Below, one piece after another: positions 25,276-41,323 of a DNA stretch of 64,000 bases. A program made the position numbers and the translations under genes. Source of the DNA: Eledone cirrhosa (Eukaryota); assembly GCA_964016885.1 (NCBI GenBank), contig OZ024742.1, positions 123,752,001 to 123,816,000 on the forward strand. The letters run 5' to 3'. Within the stretch, counting starts at the first letter, position 1. Every line of letters begins with the position of its first letter. The notes beneath the pieces are model-generated. The model was not told the DNA's origin. It was given only the letters and a program-made list of their open reading frames with translations, and ran no database searches.

Positions 25276-26744
25276 TTTTATCGTAAACGATATTGTTATA
25301 ATTAGCCTACTAGTACTGAGATTTTATATATCTAAGAAGAAACATACATAATATTTCTTAAGTGATATAGAAACTCTTAGAAAATAAAGATATTGCAACA
25401 TTTGCTAGTCATCATTTAAAGGAAATGTAATGTCCACTCAGCAATGAAAACCACTGACTGAACGATCTATTGTTTGATCCTAGTATTTCCAATGTCCGGA
25501 TATTAGACAATATATCTTGACTATATAAATTTAAAAAAATCATATATATTCTTCATAACATATTATTTGAAACCTTCTTAAAGATTTTAATGCTGTCTGC
25601 AGGTTTTCATTTGCGATGTTTCTCTCAATGCAGGAACTGTTCTCCTCGTTTTCCAGGGCCCTCCTGCCAGTGGGATCGTTGCACTCAAAAATTTGATGAT
25701 CTTCTTTTTGAGCAACGTTTTCAAGACAATCCTGAGGTCCCGGTGGAGTGCGTTTGGTGTATATATTTTCGTCAAATCATGTGAAACTTCGGACATCATT
25801 AATTCGGAAATATATTATAAACATCCCCTCATTTCAGAACGAATTTAATACGGCTATTCTCTCGCTTCATATTTCTGTTGGCTTATTCATATAAAACCTC
25901 TCAGCAGTTTTTGTGATTTGCGTACATTAATATCATTAAAGAGATTTTCAAAAATGAATACATCGAACTAAATCATTTGAAACCTCTTGAAAAACAAAAG
26001 AAAATAACAGTATTTCAACATGTTTTAATCATCATACATTGCAACGGACTTGTCAATTTTTGTTATTGTAATCGTGTGAATAAAGCATAGTATTAAATAT
26101 TACCGGGAGAGCAAACATTGACTATTATCCATTTTTGCATTTACTGATGAATGAAATATGTCATTTCCCAGAAGGGAATGTAGTTTATCTTGTTATATTA
26201 ACTAAATTATATACATGGTGCAGGAAATCATCACCAATAGCAGTATGATAATTAGTGGTAGGATATACTGTAATTTCTTTGCCAAACGTACATTATATTA
26301 TCTATGTGGAAATATTATTCTGTCTTACAATCTCAGCAAAGTAATGATGTTAAAATGAAATTTTCAGTAGAAATATACAATCATTCTTTTCGAATTAACT
26401 TGCATTCATCTGATGATTGTTTCAATTTTCAACATTAATTGAAGATAATTTGTTAAACATGGTTTCACTTATAAGTATGAATTTCGGATAGTTTTTAATC
26501 TGTAACAAATGAGTTAGTGACGTGCTAAGCTTTCCAAAAATGTCTATTTTCAATTTCGTATTATTTTTCTTTTCGATTGCGTACTTTCATCATTTTACTC
26601 ACATCATTTATGATATCTAATTCATTTTACTGTTTATGCTTAGAGAATGTAAATTATATTAGAATATTAAACACAGTTTTTCTCTGAAAATAGAGACGTA
26701 GCGAGTATACATTTTTGAATTATGAGTTTATAGGCTAATTATGA

Positions 26745-27070
26745 GTGCGTAGCCGGGGGATCAGAGATTTGTTTCAGGTAGAGCCACCACTTCAAATTGA
26801 GAGATCGCAGCTCCGATATTACGAAGATACGATTAGAATGTCTCAGGAACAAACTCTGGGCAGACTTTACGAGCAAAATCAACTTGCAGGAAACCCAGAA
26901 GTAGGCCCCAAGCAAGATGGTTGGATAACATCCATAAGCTCGGTTGGTCTCGCTGGACCTTCAGCCGGATCAATTGGAGCTGGTTATTTTGAAAAGACTC
27001 ACTGGGAGAAGTGTTTGAGGATTCTACCCCTTCGACCCTCCCAGGAATAAGTAGGTGGAGAAGAAGGTTT
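26745..27070 (+). mobile_element. RTE-clade LINE extreme 3' fragment
   Basis: IR...QVEP..QIERSQLRYY...RMSQE; related to 51840-52140 reversed. Confidence 0.68.
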
Positions 27071-27617
27071 ATTATGAGATATTCCAAATGTGCAGTGTCG
27101 TTATTTTAATGTGTATATAATATGAAACAACATATTAATATACTCAAATAATTATAACCACTAACAGAATACACTTTTATTACAACATCATAAGATCCAC
27201 ATTTTGCATAATCAAAAGGATGTTGCAAATGGGTTTTTCAAAAATATATACAAGATTTTCATTTATGATTGCAATATTTTAGATATGGAAAACCAAAGAA
27301 TAGTGTTGTGCGCTTATTAGCCTTATTGATAATATCTATCTTCGTCACATTATATGACGAAGAAATGTAATTTAAATTATCAGAATGAGTAATATTCTTT
27401 CAAAGCATTGATGGAGTTGCAAGTAAGAGAAACAAGTGTTTCATTATTTTTAATGAGAAGATACAAATATTCTTCTGAACATTAATGTTTTGCAATTAAA
27501 CCATTGTATTCTAAGAGTTATCATATTCGAATTGTACTATAATTCAAATTATATGCACTCCCCTATGCCGTAATGTGACTAAAGATTTTAAATATTTCTA
27601 TGTTTATATAATTTCAG

Positions 27618-27754
27618 GTCCAAGGTATTGGGGTCTTCTGAATCCTGAGTGGAAAATGTGCAGTGAAGGGAAACAACAATCACCGATTGACATCCAACCT
27701 AAATATATGCTGTTTGATCCGAATTTGAAACACATTGTCATAAACAAAATTAAG
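27618..27754 (+). CDS. Internal coding exon of a carbonic anhydrase-related protein (CARP, CA10/CA11-like alpha-CA family)
   Basis: Flanked by tttcag| and |gtaggg; phase 1 to 0; encodes (G)PRYWGLLNPEWKMCSEGKQQSPIDIQPKYMLFDPNLKHIVINKIK. This matches the N-terminal alpha-CA motif W..C..G..QSP(I/V)(D/N)I and the CARP-typical WGL.N..W and FDP.L. I could not identify other exons in the window. Confidence 0.88.
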
Positions 27755-27875
27755 GTAGGGTAACATTGAATATTAAATTATATTACATAATGTTTGGAAT
27801 TAAAATTTAATATATCTGGATAACTATCTAAATATTATATTTAAATATTAAAATTTAGTACCTGACATTAAGAAG

Positions 27876-27990
27876 AGTGCGTGGCTCAGTGGTTAGAGAA
27901 ATGTATTCGCAAATCTGGCGTAATGTTGTGAGTTCAATTCTTTGACCAGGATATGTATTTTGTCCTTAAGCGAGATACTTTCTTTCAATT
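27876..27990 (+). mobile_element. Degenerate tRNA-derived SINE head
   Basis: gtggctcagtggttaga A-box, gagttcaattc B-box, tgtccttaagcgagatactt. Confidence 0.55.
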
Positions 27991-29366
27991 CAAACTTTCT
28001 GCCAAGAGTTGCGCCCTAGCAATGGAAATCCAATTGAAACATGGTTTCCTTGGTTCGATTGGACGAGTTCCATCACATTCGGGGAGCGAATGCGGTCTAG
28101 TATTTGGTTGATTTTATCTTTCTTCTCATTATTATAATTATGAAAGTTAACTCTTTGTGGTTAATCAAGAAATCATTATTATCATTATATTTACAGAATC
28201 AAGGAGACTATTTGAGAGGTGAAAACATAGCCTCCACTCATACGATGGTGTAGTTATTTCTCTTATGCTTGGATATTTGCTTTTTAACGGTAGAGGTAAT
28301 ACCCAGGATGGTGTATAAATTAACCCCAAGGCCTTCTAAAAATTACTATATGGCTCAAAAGAGCATTGTTGGATTCACAGCACGATGTAAATCATGGGAA
28401 TGAGTGACAAAATAATTGATACTATGCGTCCAAATAATTACAAAAGCTTACTAATATGAAATTATATTAGTAATATTTCCAAACCACCGCAAGGAATGTT
28501 ATATAGCAGAGATTAAAATGTGCTATTACTGCATAAATATGAATAGAGTGAACAATAAAGAACTATTTATAGCGTAACATGTGTATCAGAAGATGTTTGA
28601 ATCAATAGAATACTGGTTTAGTGAGCAAGGTGTACTTTGCCTTTAACAGTGATATATTTACTCATGCTAACATACACGGAGCCTAATATCTACATAGAAG
28701 TGTTGATTGTTTTAGCGCGTACATCACCATGAAACTAATTTAATACATTTCTAAATGTAATGCCACCAGCTGTTAATCTTTCTGTCAATCGATGGCTAGT
28801 GTTCAGTTAATAACATTGTTTTTACCCCAAGTTAAGAAAGTAGATCACCTGATTTGATTTTATTCATTTTGAATACATTTTTCTATTACCGTAAATATTG
28901 ATTTATGCATGCAGCAGTAATTGCAGACTAATAAAACCATTTAGATACAAGAAAATAAGTTTCACTATGTAAGCAACAGTAAACTGAGACACGTGTCAGT
29001 GGATTAATAATGACAAAACATATGTATGAGCATTGGCTTTATTATCAGAACATGAGATTCAGCTTCTAAAGGAAGACATTGTTTTGATTTATTCTTTCTT
29101 GCACATATAACCGTTAATATGCAATCTTTATTCTGAAGATCAATCGCTCAACTGTTTAAAAGGTTATAAATCGTGATTGATGTCGTGGTATTAAGAACAT
29201 TTAAAGACATACCACCAAAAAGAAAATATGTATAACGACATTTTGAAACACTCTTTATTTCCCCTCCCTCATTATATGTATACACACATACACACACTTG
29301 CATATATACACACTATATATACACATTATATATATACACACATACACACACCTGTATACCTCCCCC

Positions 29367-29413
<47 letters not shown>

Positions 29414-30909
29414 CATACAAATATATATATATATATATATCCAATAAATGATCACGAAAAATGCAGTAGAAATATATAAAGGTTAAAGGATGTCAGAGAA
29501 AAAGAAACAAAGTAGTGTTTTACACAATATATCTCCACATGATGTTTCAGGGTACTTACCCACTTTTTAAATATATAACACATTTTTTTTTTAAAAGCGA
29601 ACAAACAAAGAAACGAACGATCGGTGTGTTCTTCCTTAATTACTCTATGTGTCTAAAATGCTTTATACATATATGCATTCTTATATTTATATATACACGT
29701 GGTGTGTGTATGTGTGTGTGTGTGTGTGTTTATGTGTGTGTGTGTGTGTTTGTGTGGGTGTGTGTGTGTGTCTCTGTGCGTGTGTGTGTTTCTGTGTGTG
29801 TGTGTCTGTGAGTTTGTGTGTAGTTAAAGACAAATTCTTATATTACGAGAAATCCTTATAGGCGTAATGGTTGTATGTTTCAGTGAAACTGAAATGGTCA
29901 CAAATAAAATAGTTATAAAATGTATATTATGATATAGGTGATATGCAGTCAAAAGACGCCTTAAGCAGAGACTTTATACATGTTAGTGGCAGGCATAATA
30001 TAGCACTTAGCTTATAGTGAGGGCAGGGCAGAAATCGCAACGTTGATACCAATAACTCAGCGAGTTATATTGATTGACATAACAGTATTTCGCTACAATA
30101 CTGAACTGGGCGATCCCGAAAAGTGCGTCACATATGTATAAACACAGTGATGTTATATTGATACTTCGTCCCTGTGTGATACATGGGTAATATTTTAGAA
30201 ATTCGAGTATACATAGGGTCACACAAATGGTTAAAGAGGTGAGGCGTCTGTGTGGAATGGAGGTTCGCATCACGCACGAGGGCTTTAAGAATTTAGGCAT
30301 GGAACCTTGGTCAGTCATTTTCGTTGGGGGGAATATATTGTAATTTACAAATTTTCGAAATGTTCTAATGAGAATCTGATGGCCACTCTTATAGGAACAG
30401 CCCTAAAATCTTCGATCAGTCGAACATACTTATAACGAAACATTTTACGCGTGATCTATCAAGATAATATTTGAAATCTACATTCCTAAAATATGGAATA
30501 CTAATTTGAATAATGATCTTATGTGTTGTAATATTCTTCTTCCCTTTCTGTCTCTCTCATTTTCTCCATCGCTTATTTCCCCCTGTCTTTCACTTATATA
30601 TATATCTATATATATATTGTTTTTATTAACCTGTTGGTTAATATATATATATATATATATAATATTATAGATATAGCGAGATCTAGGCAAATAGATGTCT
30701 ATTGAAACGTACGTAAGAACCGAATAAATCTCTTTTACTGCATCTTTCTGTTCTTTTTAATTCTCTATACACGCCCCGGAATATAGCTAAACTGGAATAT
30801 ACACCTTTTTTCTGCATTTCCTTGAGCACCACTCTGTTGTAAGCTGACATTCCACTACACGGTACATAACACTGTGTCCTGGAAAACATTAATGAACTCG
30901 TGCATAACC

Positions 30910-30953
<44 letters not shown>

Positions 30954-31397
30954 GGAGGCTTAGTAAAATCGAATCGTTTGCGGATGGTGGGCAAGCAAAT
31001 TCGACCTACGATATGAATGAGTTAGCAAGCCACTCGACAAGGTAGATCCTCAGAGTAATAACATAGGTTTAAATAGCTTGACAAATTGAACATTGTGGTA
31101 GGCAAAATCTAACACACAATACCAATGTAACGAAAGAACTAACAGGTTGAAAAAATACACCTGGACAAATCAAACATTATACGTCTAAAGTGTTTCTATG
31201 AATCCGAAATGAAATATCAGACTTATATAACTGGCAAGCTCGTACTATTCATGATGGAACAGAGGATTCATTTTATCAACATGAATTTTGTTCTACCAAA
31301 GAACGGGGCGAAACACTGAATGGTGCCGTTAAAAGCAGTGAATTCGAACATTCAGTTGTCACGTGTTCTTTCCAACAAAGGGAAATAACCCCCGGTT

Positions 31398-31479
<82 letters not shown>

Positions 31480-31574
31480 AATTATTAACCTGTTGGTTTT
31501 CTCGTTGCTTCGGTGTCGTGGCTAGTCTTGCCTGCGACAGTTTTCAATTTGTAATGGCGCCTAATGAATATTAT

Positions 31575-31757
31575 TTGGCAGTATCTGTAGAGGGTCGGAC
31601 GCCATGCTTTCACGCATTTAGTTACGGCCTTTGCCATTATGAGTTCAAATCCCGCCGAGATTAACTTTGCCTTTCATCCTTATGGGGTCGATAAAATAAA
31701 GTGCCAGTAATGTACTGGCTAATTGCTGGTTTTGTGCCAATAGTAGAAACAATTATT
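31575..31757 (+). mobile_element. Nin/Deu-type SINE
   Basis: Homologous to 55191-55385. Confidence 0.78.
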
Positions 31758-31843
31758 ACTCTGAGAATCCTCATTGAGTGCTTGACTGCACAAAACCTCG
31801 TTGTATCTCGTAGGCTTGGCTACAGCCGAAGCTTCGATTTTCC

Positions 31844-31898
<55 letters not shown>

Positions 31899-31930
31899 TA
31901 TATATATATGTGTGTATATATATATATAAG

Positions 31931-33670
<1,740 letters not shown>

Positions 33671-33803
33671 GCAAGTGTGTGTGTCTGTGTGTAAGTATAT
33701 TTATATGTACAACGCCATCTCCATTGGCTCTCCCCTCCCTCTATCTATGTACTACGCCATCTCCACTGACACTCCCCCTCTCTATACACACACATACATG
33801 TGT

Positions 33804-33885
<82 letters not shown>

Positions 33886-34180
33886 ATACAACGTTTTTGT
33901 CAGACTAAGTGTGTCTAGGTATGTATGTCCTCATTTGACACCACCAACACATCCACCACACCACCATAAACACAATTACCATAAACAGCAACACCACACC
34001 CACACCACACACAATATATGTAATGAAGGAGTAACCAATCGTCCTTGTTATCTTTTCAATTTAATACACTCTGTATAGCTCTACACGTCGACACAGAAGT
34101 GAACCTAAACATCGAGTGCTCACCCGGGTGAACCTACAGTAACTCCAAGTTACACTCCCTAGATATATATACATATATAT

Positions 34181-35330
34181 TTCGTTTCTGAATTTGTTTA
34201 GCAAGATTCTTTATCTGAAAACATGTGTTGAAACCGATATTGTTATGCTTTGGGAGGGAGAACCAAATGGGAAGAAATGGTAAATAATGATATAAATGGG
34301 ACATGCCCCTTGTACAGGAGCAAATTTTGGAATAGAATAGAAAGAACAAGGAATAAGGTTAATAGAATAAACTCATGGTATGATAGCAATAAATACCAGA
34401 GTGTAATGTTCATCAATACAACCCCTAGAGGTGAATTAGCTTACACATTTAGAAGGGCCCCAGATAAACATAAACACAATATTACGATAGTAGAAAGACC
34501 AGGTACCTCCATAAAAACACTTATTAGCAATACATACCCTTTTCAAAGACCTCCCTGTATAGATAAGAGATGTATAATCTGTAAACTAAGCCCCCATATT
34601 AACTGTAAAACTAGAAATGTAGTATATAGCATAAGATGTACTGAAGGACAATGTAGAGATAAGAATATAGTGTACATAGGTGAGACAGCTCGTAGTATAG
34701 GAGAACGGATAAATGAACACTGGCGAGAGCTTCAAGATAGTACAGAATCATCTGTACTCCACCAACATGCTAATATAGAACATAAGGGTAAATTAGAGAA
34801 CATAAAATAAAAATAGAATCTAAACACAGAAAAGACGCATTGTTTATAAACATCACAGAGGCAATAAACATAAATGAACTCTAACCAAAGTTAAATAGAA
34901 AACATGAATGGAATAGCAACATCACAACTTACAATTAAGGACAAAATGAAAACACACACACACATAGAACAAACAACGAACCAGTAATATGTAAATAAAC
35001 AAATAAATAAATACATATAAACACACACAGACACCCGGATGTAATACAAGCGCAAACTAAGCACACAACACACAGAAAATAACATGGCGTAGGACAGAAC
35101 AAAGGAGAGGCACAAAAACAAAGAAAAGAATGCCCGATCACTGAAGAGGTCACATAATGTGTGACGAAAGAACTTTGACAATATATGAACAATCGTCTGG
35201 TTGTGGAACCAACCGAGCAACCGGAAATTTATAAATTCCTAAATTTATAAATTTTATTTATAATAAATTGAGTGAAAGCAACTGGTGCATGTGTTTCTTA
35301 TTGGCAACATGGCCCTCCCAAAGCAAAACA
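34181..35330 (+). mobile_element. 5'-truncated copy of the Naiad-like PLE (GIY-YIG part), with a short inverted tail-bearing arm at 34181-34258
   Basis: ORF 34250..34810 has CIICK..NCKTRNVVYSIRC..YIGETARSIGERINEH. It is homologous to 10700-11760 reversed and is TA-flanked. Confidence 0.85.
35137..35179 (+). ncRNA. Minimal hammerhead in the Naiad-like PLE 3' UTR
   Basis: tca-CTGAAGA-g gtcaca taatg tgtgac-GAAA-gaacTT-tga. Confidence 0.62.
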
Positions 35331-35405
<75 letters not shown>

Positions 35406-35649
35406 TATACATTTATATTTATATACATATATATACATATATATTTATATACATATATATACATATATAATTATATACATATATATACATATATATTTAT
35501 ATACATATATATACATATATATTTATATATATATATATATATACATATATATTTATATATATATATACATATATATTTATATATATATATATATACATAT
35601 ATATTTATATATATATACATATATATTTATATTTATATACATATATATT

Positions 35650-35680
<31 letters not shown>

Positions 35681-35711
35681 TTATATATATATATATATAT
35701 ATATACATATA

Positions 35712-35761
<50 letters not shown>

Positions 35762-35786
35762 ATATTCATATATATATATACATATA

Positions 35787-35867
<81 letters not shown>

Positions 35868-35905
35868 AGAACCGAAGGCAGGGTTTAAATTTCAAATCAT
35901 TTTAA

Positions 35906-35979
35906 TCACGACACATGTTTCAATAAGAGATAGATCGATCATGCGGCCATGATCGATTATCACTGATCTCGTCAGGTGA
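35906..35979 (-). ncRNA. Type I hammerhead with extended stem II
   Basis: Reverse complement: tcac-CTGACGA-[~21-bp stem incl. atcgatcatg/catgatcgat]-GAAA-CATGT-GTC-gtga. Confidence 0.8.
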
Positions 35980-36497
35980 AAATGAATTGTCTTGAAATCC
36001 TTGATATGAGGGAGAACATTTAACGATGCTCACTCACTAGGGTGTTGTCCCCCATATAAAGATTAAGCAGCCAAAAACACGCCGATTGCTATCGTCCTCA
36101 GTTAGGGTCATAAAACTATCAAGTCTCTATCTCTCAATAGCTGTAAAAGACGCTGGTCGGGTCCATTTTCAACATCATATCTTTAGAATTACAGTCATTC
36201 ACAGTTAGTGTGAGTGAGTACACACACACTCACACACACCGACGCGAGGATAAAGAAAAAAAAATATACACCAACATAGTATTCACCGAAAGTTAGTTTA
36301 CAAAACAACAAATGTTATATTGGTCAAATCTCAATTTGACGATGTTTAATTGGAGAAATTGGGTCAACCGCAACCCTATACGCACGCAAATAAATTCAGT
36401 TCAATGTTCTGCTATACGTGTATCGATTGAATTGTAAATAGTGTATGTTTTGGTATATACACATCCATGTGAAGAGCAAGTAGTCAGCTCATATCGT

Positions 36498-36533
<36 letters not shown>

Positions 36534-36689
36534 GGACCTACTTGTGTGTCGACGATAAGGGACCCAGTTCTTCGAGCAACAATAAAGATAGGTCATGATA
36601 AAAATTGTAAGTGGCCGACCCTTCTACATACACAGTTACCATTATCGTAATATCCTGACGGATTGAAGCATAATAGAGTTGTCTTTGTG

Positions 36690-37110
36690 TATGTAAGAAA
36701 CAAACCTTTTGTTGTCAACTCTGGGAGTCGCTCTCTAAACGTCTTCCATCCTATAATCCTTCTAGCTATTATACTCTCAGAGCACCGTCCTTCACTGCTG
36801 GCTTGGTCACCTAGATAGCAGGAGCTATCAATAACTTTTAGCACTCTTTCATGGATTTGAAGGGGTTTATATTTCTTTCACCTTATCTATCCATTTCCCA
36901 ACTAGTAAGATGCCTATAACACCTACCCCATCGTCATTCCTATCCAGTAGAGTTTATATCTCTGTTGTTTGTCTGTGATTTGTCCCGTTGAAGCATCCCC
37001 CTATCTCAATTCTTCTACACATAATACATCTACTTCTTTTCTCTCTAACATTACCACAATTTCACCCGATTTAACAGTTAGTGTGCTGCCATTGAGAGTA
37101 AAATTTGCGA
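36690..37110 (-). mobile_element. Degenerate RTE-like LINE fragments (APE N-terminus and post-RT region)
   Basis: Reverse frames give LNGSTL..KSGEIVVMLERKEVDVLCVEELR and CYLGD..SEGRCSESIIAR..IGWKTFRERLP.LTTKG. Confidence 0.62.
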
Positions 37111-37569
37111 GATTTGTACCTCAGCAGTTTCTGTTATTTCGTTGTGTAGAGGATCTATGTACCTGAAAATGAAAAAGGCTGGGTGATTGCTTCATGACAG
37201 TCGAGGAGTTCTAGCAAATGGCTTCTCTAGCCAACCCACTATTGTGCGCAGCACTAACGTGATTAGTGTTAGCCTTGTACGTTGTGTATTCAAATAGTGA
37301 CAATTTGTGCTGTCATATTTGGCCAGGTTTTTCAGACTGGATGCCCTTTCTATCATCAAGCAATTTACAGTTTGGACTGGCTGCATTTTTTTGTGCCACC
37401 AGCACTAGAGATGTCTTGCTGAACTCAAGAGTCATCTGCACTATATCAGTTTATATATATCTATATCTTCGTAAATATACGTATATGATTAGATATACAA
37501 AATTCACGCACACACACACACACATACACACATATACACAACACACACCCACACACGCACAGACAAACA

Positions 37570-37658
<89 letters not shown>

Positions 37659-38360
37659 TTTCACCTTATTTTTGACTAAAGAAAGTTAACCTCTTAGTGT
37701 AGAATAAAACCCTCTAAAATGAAATATATGTATACCTATATATAACATAAGTGTGTGTATGCAGCATATGCATAGAAAAAAGGTAAGGAAACCGATGCTC
37801 AATCTAGTATAAGAGTATTAGATTGAGCATCGAGTATTTAGTTTATATTAAATTTCAAACACTTAACACGAATGCCCGCCGTAACATTTTGAGGGCCACT
37901 TATGTCCACTATTTTATGGTGGAGAAGCAGTTCTACAAACGGGCTCTCTCGTCCGGTTTAAGGCCAGTGGTGGCCATAATTGGACTTCAAACCCTAAGGT
38001 CACGGGTACATGTTAAGTGTATGAAATGTAATGTAAACTATATATATATATATATATTAGAAAGTGAGATTTTTTACAAAATGAAAAAAAAAAGGAGGTG
38101 TCCTACACGAGTGAAAGTATAAGGAAAAAAGATGAAATCGAAAATGCAACTGGAGTTTTTTTTTATAAAAATATATATTTATTTGGTTCCTTTATCGGTT
38201 TCGCAGATCTTCTGCTTTTCACAAGTAGAATTGAGATGGAGTGTTTGTGGTTTTTCTCACACACACACACATATATATATATATATTTATTAAAATAACA
38301 TATTAAAGTTTAAGCAAAGAATCGCTGCTTTCACCATTAACGGGATCTTCTGCAACTAAC

Positions 38361-38417
<57 letters not shown>

Positions 38418-38420
<3 letters not shown>

Positions 38421-38656
38421 TCTGTCTTAAGCCAGAAGGCCCATTTCGCCGGTGCTTATCCCGGTTTCATGGCGTGAAGCGACTGAGAGTACAAGACAGT
38501 CCATCGCAGAGTTAAACCTCCAGCTATTCGTGATACTCATTTTCAGTTGTGTATACTGGAGCAACGTGAAATGAAGTGTTTTGCTCAAGAACACAAGGCG
38601 CAGGCCAGGGACATTATGATCGTAAGTCCAACAACCTTACCACTAGGCCACGTGCC
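38418..38656 (-). mobile_element. tRNA-derived SINE with Meta-like domain
   Basis: Reverse complement: gtggcctagtggtaag head, ttgtgttcttgagcaaaacactt, gcgatggact..gtcgcttcacgccatgaaaccgg. Confidence 0.68.
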
Positions 38657-38785
38657 TCTCTCTATATATATATGTATATATATATATATATAACGAAGGA
38701 ATTGTGGTAAGAAACCAGATGGACCATAACGCACCAAATTACTCAATACTTAGTGTAGTTAGAGTGGGTAATAGGAACAAGGATG

Positions 38786-38881
38786 ACCCTGATGGCAGAG
38801 CTCAAGCCGTATCGACGGCTAATTCTGGACTAAATGAACATTTTTATCCTGGTAAATGAATAGCCGAGCTTCTCAGGGGGT
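38786..38881 (-). ncRNA. Family A hammerhead, degenerate mirror copy (CTGAGAA, GATA)
   Basis: Same scaffold, with core substitutions. Confidence 0.5.
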
Positions 38882-39411
38882 AATTCCATATATGGTAAAA
38901 GTGATTGTCACAAGGATTGGTCAAAAGTTTGTTGTTGAGACACATAATTCTATCATGGCATTTTGTCGAAGGAAGGGGTAGTTGACTTGCCATTAGAAGA
39001 AAGAGGGAGAGGGAGTGGAGGAAACCCAGTCGTGCGTTGAAAGTGACAACTACAGCAAAATCCTAAGGATAAGAGGTCGAGAGAAGTATACTAGAGAGGG
39101 GGGAGGGGGAGGAAGTCGAAACAATAAGTAAATCTATATGGAGTAAATATATAGAAAAATATAAGAATATTAACAATATAAAAAAACACAATTGCTGGTT
39201 ACTATTCCCCTACCACAATCATCAAACCTCTCACTGGTACTACTTGTCACTTTCAACGCACGACTGGGTTTCCTCCACCCCTCTGCCTCTTTCTTCTACT
39301 GTCAAGTTCAGCTACCCCTTCCTTCCACAAAATTCCATGATAGAATTATGTGCCTCAACAACAAACTTTTGACCAATCTTTGTGACAATCACTTTTACCA
39401 TATATGGAATT

Positions 39412-39507
39412 ACCCCCTGAGAAGCTCGGCTATTCATGTACCAGGATAAACATTATCATTTAGTCCAGAATTAGCCGTCGAAACCGCTTGAGCTCAGCCG
39501 TCGGAGT
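39412..39507 (+). ncRNA. Family A hammerhead with C3/A8 mismatch core (CTGAGAA)
   Basis: Same scaffold as 7489-7582. Confidence 0.6.
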
Positions 39508-39517
39508 CCTACTCGTT

Positions 39518-40023
<506 letters not shown>

Positions 40024-40026
40024 TAT

Positions 40027-40097
<71 letters not shown>

Positions 40098-40289
40098 GTA
40101 TAGGATTACCCAAGATGTAGTAATGGTTAATTACTTCACTGGATATGGTTGACGTACGGTGAGAGGTTACTCTACGAGTTATGGAAGAATTGTTGAAGAA
40201 ACTTAGTTCCCGATCCTTCTGTATTCCGGAGTGTATATAAAGAATGAATAATAACAGGTAGACATCATAAAAAGGTAATTTATTCCGTG

Positions 40290-40401
40290 TGCTTACAAGT
40301 GTTTCCACGGTGGTACTACAGCCTAGTTATGCTATGTGCAAATTCACAAGTATTTGCAGAACTCAAATATCCAATGCTGTGACCACTGTTTCCTCAGAGC
40401 A
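40290..40401 (-). ncRNA. Type I hammerhead with ~85-nt stem II (PLE family B)
   Basis: Reverse complement: tgct-CTGAGGA-aacagtggt..accaccgtg-GAAA-CACTTG-TA-agca. Confidence 0.72.
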
Positions 40402-40927
40402 GAATGGTAAAATGTACAATGTAAATACCCTTAAGTGGGGTTGTTGGGGAAGATAGAGTAGAAAAGGAAGAGAGAAACGTAGGGGAGAGGGAGAGAGAGA
40501 GAAATATATGCAGAGGTTGGAGAAGTAGGAGAGAGTGGTTTGTAGATATCTTAATAAAAATGTTATGGTAGGGGTTTTATTATACTGGTTACTTTAGGAG
40601 AGATGCGTTGATAGTTAAGGTCGGAATTATTTATTGCCCCAGAGGGCAGGTTCATAGATGTTGAGAGGGAGGTAGGCCAAAGACAGAGAGTGTAATGGAT
40701 GTAGAGAGAGAGGTAGAGAGGGGACAGACGAAGTTTGTGTGGTGAGTGAACTTCGGGTTTGTAGTAGTAATCTAGGAATTGCACTGAGTTACCATTTATA
40801 GTGATAAGCAATGTATTGTCTTGTAGTATGGGGGGGGGGGGTTAGCTAGAAAGCGGTGTTATAGTTACGGGTTCGAATGCTAAGTTATTTTATAGTGAGC
40901 GAATTTAGCTTTTAGTTTGTGGTTGCA

Positions 40928-41323
40928 TTATAATGATCGTTCAATTCTATCGTTAAGTAGTTTGTTTTTGGATTTTAATATGTAAAAGAGCTCAAGGTTA
41001 CATAACCTGCAATACTTCAATCCACTCCGATATGCACTTGCGCTGGAAAGTATATTCCATTTTAAGGTGAACTGTTGGTTGTGTTCACGGAGTTGCCAGG
41101 TCTTTTTGGCGAGCGTGGTCACAAAACGGTGATTAGGATGTTTGATTGAGAATCGATGACGGTACCAGCGAGATTTAAACGAGGTGGTGGTAGATTCGAT
41201 ATAATACCATTTCTGGTCGTTCGATTCAACCGTGCATTGGTAAACAATGTTGGACTTTAGGCATTCATTCTTCAATGGACATCTTTCAGTTACGTTCTTT
41301 GTTGTGGGTAGCGGGTATACCAT
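40928..41323 (-). pseudogene. PLE family B GIY-YIG endonuclease fragment
   Basis: CPLKNEC..NIVYQC..YIES(G)TTTSFKSRWYRH..CRLCNLE. Confidence 0.8.

Larger units (their letters stand above)
38692..39520. mobile_element. Non-coding PLE family A insertion: two inverted 3' ends (left with tail, right without)
   Basis: Both arms are homologous to 7250-7675; (TA)n on both sides. Confidence 0.85.

Noticed and set aside
26142-26162. CTGATGAATGAAA; likewise CTGATGATGACGAAA on the minus strand at ~17963-17977
   Set aside because: No stem II or stem I; compatible with chance or total decay.
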